From: Erythrobacter sp.
GTDB lineage: Bacteria; Pseudomonadota; Alphaproteobacteria; Sphingomonadales; Sphingomonadaceae
Length of the DNA stretch: 64,000 bases
NCBI GenBank assembly: GCA_046294975.1
Contig: JBKBOH010000007.1
Span: 10,250 to 74,249, forward strand
Direction: 5' to 3'
Part shown: in pieces, positions 39,300 through 49,642 of the stretch
Layout of the letters: each line of letters begins with the position of its first letter
Position numbering within the stretch: the stretch's first letter is position 1
The notes under the pieces: model-generated
Told to the model about the DNA's origin: nothing
The model's input: only the letters and a program-made list of their open reading frames with translations
Databases searched by the model: none
Made by a program: the position numbers and the translations under genes

Positions 39300-40319
39300 G
39301 TGGCACCAACTGAACAAATACGCACCGACTGGACCCGCGACGAAATCGCAGGGCTGTTCGATCTGCCCTTTACCGAGCTCTTGTTTCAGGCCGCCTCTGT
39401 GCACCGCGCCTATCACCCCGCGACCGAGGTTCAGCTGTGCACGCTCCTGTCGATCAAGACCGGCGGGTGCCCTGAGGATTGCGGCTATTGCTCGCAGTCG
39501 GTGCATGCCGACAGCGGCGTCGAGGCGACCAAGCTGATGGATGTGCAGGCCGTGCTCCAGCGCGCGGCGCAGGCGAAGGATGCAGGCTCCCAGCGGTTCT
39601 GCATGGGCGCGGCGTGGCGCAATCCCAAGGACCGCGACATGCCCGCGATCTGCGAAATCGTAAAGGGCGTGCGCGCCATGGGTCTCGAAACCTGCATGAC
39701 GCTGGGGATGCTGGAGCCGCATCAGGCGCAGATGCTGGCCGAGGCGGGGCTTGATTACTACAACCACAATATCGACAGCTCGCCCGAATATTACCAGCGC
39801 GTCATCTCCACCCGCGATTTCCAGTGCCGGCTCGATACGCTGGGTCACGTTCGCAAGGCCGGGATCAACGTGTGCTCCGGCGGGATCGTTGGCATGGGCG
39901 AGACGAGGCAAGACCGGGTGGGCTTCATCCACACCCTTGCCACCCTGCCGCAGCACCCCGAAAGCGTGCCGGTCAACGCGCTGGTGCCGGTCAAGGGCAC
40001 GGTGCTGGGCAACATGCTGGCCGACACGCCTTTGGCGAAGATCGACGATATCGAGTTCGTCCGCACCGTCGCGGTCGCGCGCATCACCATGCCGCGTTCG
40101 ATGGTGCGGCTCTCGGCCGGGCGCGAGTCGATGTCCGAGGCGACGCAGGCACTGTGCTTCCTTGCAGGGGCCAATTCGATCTTCACCGGCGACAAGCTCT
40201 TGACCGCGCCCAATGCGGGCGATGACAAGGACGCCGCGCTGTTTGCCAAGCTCGGCCTCACCGCCTTGCAGGGCGAGGAACCCGCGCGCGCCTGCAAGAG
40301 CGCGGTTCCGGCCGAATGA
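39300..40319 (+). CDS. bioB: Biotin synthase
   Basis: [10 protein letters not shown] radical-SAM motif, YYNHN.D, PESVPVN, VRLSAGR. Confidence 0.96.
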   Translation: MAPTEQIRTDWTRDEIAGLFDLPFTELLFQAASVHRAYHPATEVQLCTLLSIKTGGCPEDCGYCSQSVHADSGVEATKLMDVQAVLQRAAQAKDAGSQRFCMGAAWRNPKDRDMPAICEIVKGVRAMGLETCMTLGMLEPHQAQMLAEAGLDYYNHNIDSSPEYYQRVISTRDFQCRLDTLGHVRKAGINVCSGGIVGMGETRQDRVGFIHTLATLPQHPESVPVNALVPVKGTVLGNMLADTPLAKIDDIEFVRTVAVARITMPRSMVRLSAGRESMSEATQALCFLAGANSIFTGDKLLTAPNAGDDKDAALFAKLGLTALQGEEPARACKSAVPAE

Positions 40320-41155
40320 TTGCCCTGCTGGCGGCAGCGGCCCTTGCCGGCGCGCAGCCCGCGCCGCAGCCGCTGACCATCGGCGAGAGCGTAACGCTGG
40401 AGGCGCTGGGCGAGCGGCGCGAGGTCAATATTATCCTTCCGCCCGACTACGCTGCCGAACCGGAGCGGCGCTTTCCGGTAATCTACCTGCTCGACGGCGC
40501 GATGAGGCAGGATCTGCTGATGGGCACTGGCCTGATGCGCTGGGGCGCGCTGTGGGGGCGCAGCAAGGATGCGATCATTGTCGGGATCGAAACCCGCAAC
40601 CGCCAGCGCGAACTGCTCCCACCCACCCGTGATGCCGCCGAACAGGCCCGCTGGCCGACCGCGGGCGAAGGCGCGACCTTCCGCGCATGGATCGCGGACA
40701 CCGTCAAACCCATGATCGAGGCGCGCTATCGCCATGATGGCACCGCGTTGCTTGTCGGCGAGAGCGCGGCGGGGCATTTCGTGGTCGAGACCTGGGCAGT
40801 TACCCCCGGCCTGTTTACCGGCTACGCGGCGATCTCGCCGAGCCTGCAATGGGATGGCGAAAGCCTGTCGAAATGGCTGGCGAGCACCACCGGAGATTAT
40901 CGCAAGATGCTGCGCCCACCAATCTACCTCAGCCTTGCCGACGAGGGCGGGGCGACCGAGACGGGCATGGAGCGGTTGCTCGCCAGCCTGCCGCCCGCAC
41001 AGCCTTATTGCTTTTTCGACCGCCGCAAGCAATTGCGCCACGCCACGAGCCTGCACGGGGTGTTTCCCGAAGCGCTGCAATATCTGCTGCCGACCAAGGC
41101 TGATTGGCTGGAAAACTACGGCCTCATCCTGCGCTGCGAGCAAAAGGGCGGATAG
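40316..41155 (+). CDS. Secreted alpha/beta hydrolase (putative esterase, IroE-like)
   Basis: Signal peptide, [14 protein letters not shown] nucleophile elbow, AISPSL.W. Confidence 0.8.
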   Translation: MIALLAAAALAGAQPAPQPLTIGESVTLEALGERREVNIILPPDYAAEPERRFPVIYLLDGAMRQDLLMGTGLMRWGALWGRSKDAIIVGIETRNRQRELLPPTRDAAEQARWPTAGEGATFRAWIADTVKPMIEARYRHDGTALLVGESAAGHFVVETWAVTPGLFTGYAAISPSLQWDGESLSKWLASTTGDYRKMLRPPIYLSLADEGGATETGMERLLASLPPAQPYCFFDRRKQLRHATSLHGVFPEALQYLLPTKADWLENYGLILRCEQKGG

Positions 41156-41156
41156 A

Positions 41157-41948
41157 ATGAGCCTCGGTTTTTCCGTCGATACCCTGCTTCCCAAGGCGCG
41201 CGGGGGCGGGCAATTGCGGATGGGGCTGGTGAATCTGGAGGAGCGCGACTGGTTGCAGCCACAGCCCGACCTTGCCGCGCGCGCTGACGGGTTTGCCGAA
41301 TGGCCCCAAGGAGTGCAGCTTACCCCCGAGGCGGATGCGCCGGGCCGTGAACTGGCGGCGATATTGGGCGTGCAGGGCGCGCTGCCGCAAGCGGCGCTCG
41401 CGGTGCATGAAGACCTGTGCCTGCTGACAAAGCGCGAGGGCGAGGATGTCTACCGCCTGATCGGCGCGGCGGTCGCCTGGCCTTCCGACTGGCGCCCGGC
41501 CGAGAAGATCGGCCTGCCCCTGCGCGCGCTTCATGCACCGATTGCGGGGTATGAGCAGCAGCTTGCCACCGGGGTCGATCGCTTCATGGAAACCCTGCGC
41601 CTCGGCCTCATCTATGGCCGCTGCAACTGGTTCATCGCCGCCACGGGGGAACGCCGCTGGCTCCCCGACCGCCCGCCATGCGAAGCCTTCGCCCATGTCA
41701 CGCCCCAGAATGCGGGCGAGACCCTGTTCGTGCGCTCCGAACGCCAGACGCTGCGTCGCCTGCCCCAGACCGGCGCGATCGTGTTCACAATTGGCGTCTA
41801 TGTGACGGCCTTGGGAGCTCTCTCCCCCGCCAATATCGCCATGCTGGGCAAGGCGGTGCAAAGCCTCGTCAGCGGCGAGGGGGATCGCCGGGGCACACCC
41901 GCCTATGCCGACAGTCTGGTTGCCTATGCCCAAGGACGCGCCGCATGA
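41157..41948 (+). CDS. DUF3445 / heme-dependent oxidative N-demethylase alpha-like protein
   Basis: LRMGL, EDLCLL, PS.W...EKIG.....LHAP, RSERQTLRRLP.TGAIVFTI. Confidence 0.8.
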   Translation: MSLGFSVDTLLPKARGGGQLRMGLVNLEERDWLQPQPDLAARADGFAEWPQGVQLTPEADAPGRELAAILGVQGALPQAALAVHEDLCLLTKREGEDVYRLIGAAVAWPSDWRPAEKIGLPLRALHAPIAGYEQQLATGVDRFMETLRLGLIYGRCNWFIAATGERRWLPDRPPCEAFAHVTPQNAGETLFVRSERQTLRRLPQTGAIVFTIGVYVTALGALSPANIAMLGKAVQSLVSGEGDRRGTPAYADSLVAYAQGRAA

Positions 41949-42370
41949 TGGTCACGCTGCTTGTCCCCTTGCTCGCCCAAGCCGCCCAACCGCCGGTGCC
42001 CGAATGGAACTGCGCCGATCCGCAATTCCAGCAGGAAATGAACTGGTGCGCCGGGCAAGAATTCGCGGCTGCCGATGCCGCGCTCAATGCCCAATGGGCA
42101 GCCACCGCCGAGGTGATGAAAGCGCGCGATGCCGAATGGGCTGAGCTTGGCTCGTCCGACAGGCGACCGGGCTTCTTCAACAGCCTGCGCGAAGCCCAGC
42201 GCGCCTGGCTGCGCTATCGCGAGGCGCAGTGCCGGGCGGACGGCTACACCGCGCGCATGGGCAGTCTTGAGCCGCTGCTGGCGGCCACCTGCAAGACCCG
42301 CCTCACCCGCCTGCGAACCGAGGAACTCAAAAGCTTGATCGCGGACGTGGGCGAAGCACAAATCCGCTAG
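41945..42370 (+). CDS. Lysozyme inhibitor LprI (DUF1311) family protein
   Basis: C....Q.EMN.C......AD..LN, L..AQRAW..YR..QC, C...LT..RT.EL. Confidence 0.82.
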   Translation: MMVTLLVPLLAQAAQPPVPEWNCADPQFQQEMNWCAGQEFAAADAALNAQWAATAEVMKARDAEWAELGSSDRRPGFFNSLREAQRAWLRYREAQCRADGYTARMGSLEPLLAATCKTRLTRLRTEELKSLIADVGEAQIR

Positions 42371-42442
42371 CTTGCAGCTTGGCCCAACCCTCGGCATAGC
42401 CTTGGGCAAGAAAGGCTCCCGCTGGAGAGAGGTTGACTGCCC

Positions 42443-44497
42443 TTGTTCTCGAAAATCCTGATTGCCAACCGCGGCGAGATCGCCTGCCGGGTCATCACCA
42501 CTGCGAGGCGGATGGGGATTGCGACCGTCGCGGTCTATTCCGATGCCGATGCGCGCGCGCCCTTTGTCGCCATGGCCGACGAGGCGGTGCATATCGGCCC
42601 GTCGCCCGCCGCGGAATCCTATCTGATTGCCGACAAGATCATCGCTGCGTGCAAGCAGACCGGCGCCGAGGCCGTGCACCCCGGCTATGGCTTCCTGTCG
42701 GAACGCACCGCCTTTGCCGAGGCGCTGGCCGCCGAGGGCATCGCCTTCATCGGCCCGCCGGTGGGCGCGATTGCCGCGATGGGCGACAAGATCGAATCCA
42801 AGAAGCTGGCCAAGGAAGCGGGCGTCAATGTCGTCCCCGGCTTTGTCGGCGAGATCGAGGATACCGAGCACGCGGTGCGGATCGCGAACGAGATCGGCTA
42901 TCCGGTGATGATGAAGGCCAGCGCCGGCGGCGGGGGCAAGGGGATGCGCCTGGCCTATTCCGAAGCCGATGTGCGCGAGGGCTTTGAAAGCGTCAAGCGC
43001 GAGGGGCAGAACAGCTTCGGCGATGACCGCGTGTTCATCGAGAAATTCATCTTGAACCCGCGCCACATCGAGATCCAGATCCTTGGCGATCAGCACGGCA
43101 ATATCCTGTATTTGAACGAGCGCGAATGCTCGATCCAGCGCCGCCACCAGAAGGTGGTCGAGGAAGCGCCGTCGCCTTTCGTCACGCCGAGGATGCGTAA
43201 GGCGATGGGCGAGCAATGCGTCGCTCTGGCGCGCGCGGTGGGGTATTATTCTGCGGGGACAGTCGAGCTGATCGTATCCGGCGCCGACCCGACGGGGGAG
43301 AGCTTCTACTTCCTCGAAATGAACACCCGGCTTCAGGTGGAACACCCCGTCACCGAGGCGATCACCGGCATCGACCTTGTCGAGCAGATGATCCGCGTCG
43401 CCGCTGGCGAGAAGCTGGCGATGACGCAGGATGACATCGGCATCGACGGCTGGGCGATCGAGAACCGCGTCTATGCCGAAGACCCCTATCGCGGTTTCCT
43501 GCCATCGACCGGGCGGCTGGTGCGCTACAGCCCGCCGCTGGCCGGCTGGAGCGAGGATGAAACCGTCGCCGGCAAGCCCCGGCGCGGCGTGGCGCGCGGC
43601 ACCGGCTCGGTGCGCGTTGACGACGGCGTCTATGAAGGCGGCGAAGTTTCGCGCTTCTACGATCCGATGATCGCCAAGCTGATCACCTGGGCGCCGACCC
43701 GCGACGAGGCGGCCGATCTCCAGATCGAGGCGCTCGACCATTTCCGCATCAAGGGGTTGGGCCACAACATCGATTTCCTCTCGGCGATCATGCAGCACCC
43801 GCGCTTCCGCTCGGGCGATCTGACCACCGGCTTCATCGCCGAGGAATTTCCCGAAGGCTTCCACGGCGCGGCGACCGGCGAGGATGTGAAGCGCATTCTG
43901 GCTGCCGTGTGCGCGGGCAACGAATTCACCCTGCAATCGCGCGCGCGTCAGATCAGCGGTCAGCTTGACGGACCGCTGCCGGTGACGAGCGAATGGCTGG
44001 TCAAGCTTGGCGATGAACGTTTTGAAGTCAGCTTGCGCGATGGCCATGCGCTGGTCGATGGCGTGCGGGTGGAAGGCACCTGCACCTGGCGGCCGGGCAT
44101 GGTGCAGGCCGAGGCAACCGGTAAGGTCGGGGATGGGCCGGAGCACCGGCTCGGCCTGATTGTCGAGCGCATCGGCAACCAGTGGAAGGTGACGACCCGC
44201 GGCGCAGGCCACACCGCACTGGTGCTGCCGCTAAGGCTGGCGCGGCACGAGAGCCTGATGCTCGAAAAAGTGCCGCCCGATCTGTCGCGCCTGCTGATCT
44301 GCCCGATGCCGGGGATGCTGGTGAAACTGCACGTGGCGGAAGGCGAGATGGTGCAGCCCGGCCAGCCACTGGCGACCGTGGAGGCGATGAAGATGGAAAA
44401 CATCCTGCGCGCCGAAAAGGAAGGCGTGATCGCCAAGATCAACGCCGCCGAGGGCGAAAGCCTGGCGGTGGATGCGGTGATCCTCGAACTGGAGTAG
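42443..44497 (+). CDS. pccA: Propionyl-CoA carboxylase alpha subunit (biotin carboxylase with carrier domain)
   Basis: KILIANRGEIA, GGGGKGMR, RECSIQRRHQK, EMNTRLQVEH, EAMKM biotinyl motif. Confidence 0.94.
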   Translation: MFSKILIANRGEIACRVITTARRMGIATVAVYSDADARAPFVAMADEAVHIGPSPAAESYLIADKIIAACKQTGAEAVHPGYGFLSERTAFAEALAAEGIAFIGPPVGAIAAMGDKIESKKLAKEAGVNVVPGFVGEIEDTEHAVRIANEIGYPVMMKASAGGGGKGMRLAYSEADVREGFESVKREGQNSFGDDRVFIEKFILNPRHIEIQILGDQHGNILYLNERECSIQRRHQKVVEEAPSPFVTPRMRKAMGEQCVALARAVGYYSAGTVELIVSGADPTGESFYFLEMNTRLQVEHPVTEAITGIDLVEQMIRVAAGEKLAMTQDDIGIDGWAIENRVYAEDPYRGFLPSTGRLVRYSPPLAGWSEDETVAGKPRRGVARGTGSVRVDDGVYEGGEVSRFYDPMIAKLITWAPTRDEAADLQIEALDHFRIKGLGHNIDFLSAIMQHPRFRSGDLTTGFIAEEFPEGFHGAATGEDVKRILAAVCAGNEFTLQSRARQISGQLDGPLPVTSEWLVKLGDERFEVSLRDGHALVDGVRVEGTCTWRPGMVQAEATGKVGDGPEHRLGLIVERIGNQWKVTTRGAGHTALVLPLRLARHESLMLEKVPPDLSRLLICPMPGMLVKLHVAEGEMVQPGQPLATVEAMKMENILRAEKEGVIAKINAAEGESLAVDAVILELE

Positions 44498-44747
44498 CGT
44501 GCTGAACGTTGCGAACCGCGACTTGACCGGCGCAGGCTTCGGCCGGGTTTGCGTCAGGTGACTATCTTGCTGCCGTGCGGCGAAACAATCTTGCTGCGCC
44601 TATTGTCGAATTGCGCCAAACGGTTGATATTTCGCGCCAGTTTGCGGTCAGCGTTTGGCTAACGAACGCGAACCAGGCGTCACTTGCCACGCCGAGTCGC
44701 GGGATCTCCCGCGCTCGCGGATTGAATCTCGGTGGGAGGATTTGATC

Positions 44748-45027
44748 GTGGCACACACGGGAACCGGTTTTTTCGACCGCAAGGGCAACTTCTTCAAGAC
44801 CGCGCGATGCGACCGTGAGCGATCTGGCGAGCCTGCTCGGCCAGATCGGCGAGGGTGAGAGCCTGGCGCCGGGCATCGCCTGCATGCTGCTCGAACGCCG
44901 CGCCGAGATCGAGCGGCTGTTCGCCGAGCGTGACCAGATGCTTGAAGAGGAAGCCGCGATGAAGGCCGCGCGTCAGGGCGAGGCGGCCGACAACGTCGCC
45001 AAGCTGCCGACCCGTCCGGTCGCCTAA
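44748..45027 (+). pseudogene. Frameshifted small hypothetical gene
   Basis: GGAGG SD and GTG 44748 (AHTGTGFFDRKGNFFKTA); joins the SDLASLLG frame if 2 nt are restored in the CG run near 44802-44807. Confidence 0.55.
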
Positions 45028-45794
45028 TCCGCGATCAGCGCCACGGCGCGGATCCAGCCGGCGCTGGCGCGCTCGATCTTCACCGGAAAGCAGCTCACCA
45101 TGAAGCCATGCGGGGGAAGGCTGGCGAGGTTGGCGAGCTTCTCGATTTGATAGTAAGGCCGGATGCGCCCGGCCTTGTGGCCTTCCCAGATGATCGCCGG
45201 ATCGCGGGTCTCGGCCCAGCGCTTGGCGGTGTGGCTGAAGGGCGCGTCCCAGCTCCAGGCATCGGTGCCGACCACTTCGATGCCCTGTGCCGTCAGCCAC
45301 AGCGTCGCCTCGGCGCCAAGCCCGACGCCCTGATCGGTGAAGTCTGCCGTTCCGTAAACCGCGCCCGACTGCACCAGCACGATATCGAGCGGCTGGAGTT
45401 CGTAGCCGATCCGCGCCAGCTCCGCCTGCACCTCGGCGGCGCTGACGACATGGCCGTGGGGCAACCCGGAAAAATCGAGTTTCACGCCGGGGCGAAAGAA
45501 GCGGTCGAGCGGGGCTTCGTCGATGCTGGGGGCGGGGCGCGCGCCTGAATCCGTGGTGGAATGGTAGTGCCACGGCGCGTCCATGTGGGTGCCGTTGTGG
45601 GTCGAAAGTTCGACGAATTCCACCGCCCAGCCTTCGCCGTCGGGCAGATCTGCGCGCTCCAAGCCGGGAAAGAACATCGCGATCTGTTCCCACGTCGTCT
45701 CGTGGGTCATGTAGGTGACCTTGGGGCGCATCACCGCGGGATCGGAGAGCACGGCGTTGGTGATCGGGATCGAAAGATCAATGAAACGGGTCAT
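45024..45794 (-). CDS. Cyclase family (kynurenine formamidase-like) metal hydrolase
   Basis: HNGTHMDAPWH motif, GTDAWSWD, QIEKLANL. Confidence 0.85.
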   Translation of the reverse strand: MTRFIDLSIPITNAVLSDPAVMRPKVTYMTHETTWEQIAMFFPGLERADLPDGEGWAVEFVELSTHNGTHMDAPWHYHSTTDSGARPAPSIDEAPLDRFFRPGVKLDFSGLPHGHVVSAAEVQAELARIGYELQPLDIVLVQSGAVYGTADFTDQGVGLGAEATLWLTAQGIEVVGTDAWSWDAPFSHTAKRWAETRDPAIIWEGHKAGRIRPYYQIEKLANLASLPPHGFMVSCFPVKIERASAGWIRAVALIAD

Positions 45795-46909
45795 GCGACA
45801 AGCTCCGCGTCAAGGAAGGCGGTAATATCGGCCATATCGACATCGCGCGCCACGTAGGCCTCGCCCAAGGCGCGCAGCAGCACGAAGGGCAGGGTGGTGC
45901 CTTCGGCCTTCTTGTCGTGGCGCATGTGATCGACGAGGTTCCCGCCGTCGCAGCCAAGGCCGAGCGCGGCGAGGCTGGCGGGCAGGCCGGCAGCGGCAAT
46001 CGCGCTAGTCGCCCGTTCGGCGTCCGCCAGCAAAATCTCGCCCCGCCGCGCCGAATAGCGCGCCGCCAGCACCATGCCGAGCGCCACCGCCTCGCCGTGC
46101 AGCAGGCAGTCGGAAAAGCCGGTTTGCGCCTCCAGCGCATGGCCGAAGGTGTGGCCGAGATTGAGCAGCGCACGCCTGTCGCGCGTCTCGCGTTCGTCCT
46201 CGGCGACGATCCGCGCCTTCATGGCGATGCTGGTGGCAATCGCGTGTTCGAGCGCGGCGGGCTCGCGCGCCAGCACCTTCGCGCCGTTGGCTTCGAGCCA
46301 GGCGAAAAAGGCGGCATCGCCCAGAAGGCCGTATTTGAGCACCTCGGCATAACCCGCGCGCATTTCGCGATCCGGCAGGGTGGCGAGCACTAGCGGGTCG
46401 ATCAGCACGAGGCTGGGCTGGTGGAAAGCGCCGATCAGGTTCTTGCCCGCACGGGTGTTGATCGCGGTCTTGCCGCCGACCGAGGAATCCACCTGCGCCA
46501 GCAGCGTGGTTGGCACCTGCACGAAGCCGCTGCCGCGCTTGGTGATGGCGCAGGCAAAGCCGACGAGGTCTCCCACCACGCCCCCACCAAGTGCAATCAC
46601 GTGGTCCTTGCGGGTGATGCCCAATGCCAGCAGCCAGTCGCACAAGTGTTCCAGCACGCCCCAGCTTTTCGCATCCTCGCCCGGTTCGACCACGAACCAG
46701 TCGGCGGCATGGCCAGCGGCAGCGAGGCTGCTTTCGAGCATCATGCGGTAAAGCCGGTGGGTGTTGCTGTCGGCCACCACCGGCACCTTGCGCTGCGCAC
46801 CATAGCTTTGGAGGTACGGAGCGGCGGCCGCAGCGAAGCGGGTAAGCAGGCCTTCCTCGATCCGGACATCATAGGCGCGTCCGGCCAGCGCCACGGGGAT
46901 TACAGCCAT
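45791..46909 (-). CDS. aroB: 3-dehydroquinate synthase
   Basis: GGGVVGDL, PTTLLAQVDSSVGGKT, LNLGHTFGH, HGEAV. Confidence 0.95.
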   Translation of the reverse strand: MAVIPVALAGRAYDVRIEEGLLTRFAAAAAPYLQSYGAQRKVPVVADSNTHRLYRMMLESSLAAAGHAADWFVVEPGEDAKSWGVLEHLCDWLLALGITRKDHVIALGGGVVGDLVGFACAITKRGSGFVQVPTTLLAQVDSSVGGKTAINTRAGKNLIGAFHQPSLVLIDPLVLATLPDREMRAGYAEVLKYGLLGDAAFFAWLEANGAKVLAREPAALEHAIATSIAMKARIVAEDERETRDRRALLNLGHTFGHALEAQTGFSDCLLHGEAVALGMVLAARYSARRGEILLADAERATSAIAAAGLPASLAALGLGCDGGNLVDHMRHDKKAEGTTLPFVLLRALGEAYVARDVDMADITAFLDAELVA

Positions 46910-47475
46910 TGGTCAATCGCCTCGATGATGGCGCGGGCGGTGTCGGCATGGGGGCCGTTATCGCTGACCACGCGGATGGGGGCCTCGGCATAGAAGGGCG
47001 CACGGGTCGCGGCCAGCCGGGTGAGGATTTCGCGGGGGTTGCCGTTCTTGAGCAAGGGCCGCGTGTTGCGCCTTGCGGTGCGTTCCACCAGTGTGTCGAT
47101 GTCGGCATCGATCCACACCGCGATGGCGCGTTCGAGGATCAGCGCGCGGGTGGCAGGATCGACAAAGGCCCCGCCGCCGGTGGCGATCACCCCGTGGCCT
47201 TCCTCGATCAGGCGGGCAATCACCCGGCGCTCGCCGTCGCGGAAATAGGGTTCGCCGAACTGCTCGAAAATTTCGGGAATCGAAAGCTGCGCGGCCGCAA
47301 CAATCGCCTCGTCGGCATCGACGAAATCACGCCGGAGCAGACTGGCGAGCTTGCGGCCGACGGTGGTCTTGCCCACGCCCATCAGTCCCACCAGCACCAC
47401 AGGACGGGTGATGCGCGCGGCGATGGCGTCCAGATTGGCAGGCGCGGGATCGGTTGATGCAGGCTCGGCGGACAT
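46900..47475 (-). CDS. aroK: Shikimate kinase
   Basis: GLMGVGKTT P-loop, FRDGE, ATGGG, RPLL. Confidence 0.93.
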   Translation of the reverse strand: MSAEPASTDPAPANLDAIAARITRPVVLVGLMGVGKTTVGRKLASLLRRDFVDADEAIVAAAQLSIPEIFEQFGEPYFRDGERRVIARLIEEGHGVIATGGGAFVDPATRALILERAIAVWIDADIDTLVERTARRNTRPLLKNGNPREILTRLAATRAPFYAEAPIRVVSDNGPHADTARAIIEAIDQWL

Positions 47476-47513
47476 TGCCGCACGGCCTATAGATGGGCTA
47501 GGGCGCGTGCAAT

Positions 47514-47714
47514 ATGGCAAACCGATCCCGCCCTTCGCCGGCCCGGCAAATTCCTTCGCGCGAACCCTCGCGGCCCTTGCGTCTGCCGTCGCGGCGGGTG
47601 ATGATCGGAGCGATGATCGGTCTGGCGCTGGCCGGTCTGGCGTGGTTTGATGGCGGCGAGGAAGCGCTGCATCCGATCGCGCAGGAGATTGCTTTGCCGG
47701 GAGCCGTGCGATGA
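47514..47714 (+). CDS. Small single-TM hypothetical protein
   Basis: One hydrophobic helix; ATGA overlap with the next gene. Confidence 0.55.
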   Translation: MANRSRPSPARQIPSREPSRPLRLPSRRVMIGAMIGLALAGLAWFDGGEEALHPIAQEIALPGAVR

Positions 47715-49642
47715 AGGTGGCGCGCACCCGTGGGATGCAGGGTCTAAGCGTGCTGGCGCTGGGCCTTGGCGGAGCGATTGTGGGCGCTAGCCTTGGCGGT
47801 CTGGCGAGCGCGCAGGGCAAGCCCGAATCGATTCTGCCCCCCGGATTTGACGATCCCGCGCCGGCCCCGACACCCACCCCGCGTCCTGCGCCCACCGCCG
47901 CTCCGGTGCCGCAGGCCCGTCCGAGCACGCCTGTTCCGCTTCCGTCCCCCGGCACGGTCCTGCCCAGCACCGTGCCGCCCGCCGTGCCTGACGATGCCCC
48001 GGCGCTGCCCGCGATCACCCGCGACGAGCTCGCTCGCCTGCCGAGCCTTGAGGAGCTGGAGAACATGTCGACCGAGGAGCTTGACCAGCTGCTCGGGCTG
48101 AAGCCGAAATTCGACATTCCCCCCGGTGCCCGCCGCGCGCTCACGCGCATCGGGGTGATGGCGACGCAAGAGGGCGGGTTGCCGCCGCGCGCGCTCGCCA
48201 GCCAGTCGGACAAGCTGGTGCGCGCCGTGCTCAATGGCACGCGCGGGCCGATGGTCTCGCGCTGGGGCCATATCCTGCTGCGCCGTGCGCTGGCGAGCCG
48301 GCTGGCTGCGCCGCTGGGGATGGACCCGGTCGAATTCGCGGCCCTGCGCGTCGGCGTGCTCAACCGGCTCGGCGAATTCGCCGTGGCGCGCGCGCTGGTG
48401 CAGGATATCGACACCGCTGACTGGTCGCCGGCGCTGACCGCCGAGGCGCTGACCGCCTATCTCGGCAGCGGCGACATCACCGGCGCCTGTCCGGCGGTGC
48501 GCATGCAGGGCTCGGCGCGCGATGATGGCGAATGGCAGCTCCTGCAGGCGATCTGCAACGCCTATGCGGGGGAAACCGCGCTGGCCGCCTCGCAGCTTGA
48601 CCGCGCCTTGTTCCGCGGGGTTGCGCCGCGGATCGACGTGTTGCTGGCCCGTCGGTATGCGGGCGCGGCGGGGCGTGGTCAGCGGGCGGTGCAGATCGAG
48701 TGGGAGCCGGTCGAACAGCTCACCCCGTGGCGCTTCGGCCTTGCGACCGCCTTGGGTGAGCCGGTGCCGGAGAAGCTGCTCGAAGCCGCGCTGGGCGGGG
48801 CCGATGGCGGCTATTACGCCCGCTCCGGTGCGCTCTTGCCGATGCTGCCTGCCGAACAGCGCACCGGTTTTGCCGGACACGCCGCGCGCGAGGGCATCCT
48901 GTCATCGCAGGCGCTGATCGATCTCTACAGCGCAGTCTATGCCGACAGCACCGCCGAGAGCGAGGCCCGCACCCACGCCGCATCGCTGCGCGAGGCCTAT
49001 GTCGCCGCCGATCCTGCCGCGCGGATTGCCGCGATGCAGCGCCTGTGGGATGCGGGCGAGGCCATTGGCGGCGGCGACGGTTACGGCGCGCGCGTGCTCA
49101 CCGCCTATGCTGCCGCGCGCATTCCGGCCGATGCCGCCCATGCCGAGGCGGCGGGCGCGCTGATTGCCGCGATGCTCGCCGCCGGGCTTGATCGCGATGC
49201 GCTGGCGTGGCGCGATGTGGTGGATGAAGGCTCGCTCGGCTGGGCGCTGATCGTTCTGTCCGCGCCGCGCAGCAACGGCGTGGGGCAGGGCGCGGTCGAA
49301 AGCTTCATCGGCGATGATGACAGCGCCGAAAGCCGCAAATCGGCCTTTCTTGTCGCAGGCCTTGCCGGGCTTGGCCGGCTCGATGAGGGCGATGCTGCCG
49401 CGCTGGCCGAAGATCTGGGTTTCGATCTTGCGCGTCAGACCCGCTGGAGCCGCGCGATTTCGCGCGCCGCGGCGGTCAACAATCCGACGCTGGTGGCGCT
49501 GCTGGCGGGGCTGGGGATGCAGGGGACGAGCTGGGAGCAGATGACCCCGCTTCACCTCTATCATATCACGGCCGCGCTCACCCGCGTGGGGCTGGAGGCC
49601 GAGGCCCGGATGATCGCGGCCGAGGCGGTCGCGCGCGGGTAA
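47711..49642 (+). CDS. Large exported alpha-helical hypothetical protein with Pro-rich linker
   Basis: Signal peptide (ASA-QG), ESILPPGF, PT-rich stretch; TAATG overlap with xerD. Confidence 0.75.
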   Translation: MKVARTRGMQGLSVLALGLGGAIVGASLGGLASAQGKPESILPPGFDDPAPAPTPTPRPAPTAAPVPQARPSTPVPLPSPGTVLPSTVPPAVPDDAPALPAITRDELARLPSLEELENMSTEELDQLLGLKPKFDIPPGARRALTRIGVMATQEGGLPPRALASQSDKLVRAVLNGTRGPMVSRWGHILLRRALASRLAAPLGMDPVEFAALRVGVLNRLGEFAVARALVQDIDTADWSPALTAEALTAYLGSGDITGACPAVRMQGSARDDGEWQLLQAICNAYAGETALAASQLDRALFRGVAPRIDVLLARRYAGAAGRGQRAVQIEWEPVEQLTPWRFGLATALGEPVPEKLLEAALGGADGGYYARSGALLPMLPAEQRTGFAGHAAREGILSSQALIDLYSAVYADSTAESEARTHAASLREAYVAADPAARIAAMQRLWDAGEAIGGGDGYGARVLTAYAAARIPADAAHAEAAGALIAAMLAAGLDRDALAWRDVVDEGSLGWALIVLSAPRSNGVGQGAVESFIGDDDSAESRKSAFLVAGLAGLGRLDEGDAAALAEDLGFDLARQTRWSRAISRAAAVNNPTLVALLAGLGMQGTSWEQMTPLHLYHITAALTRVGLEAEARMIAAEAVARG

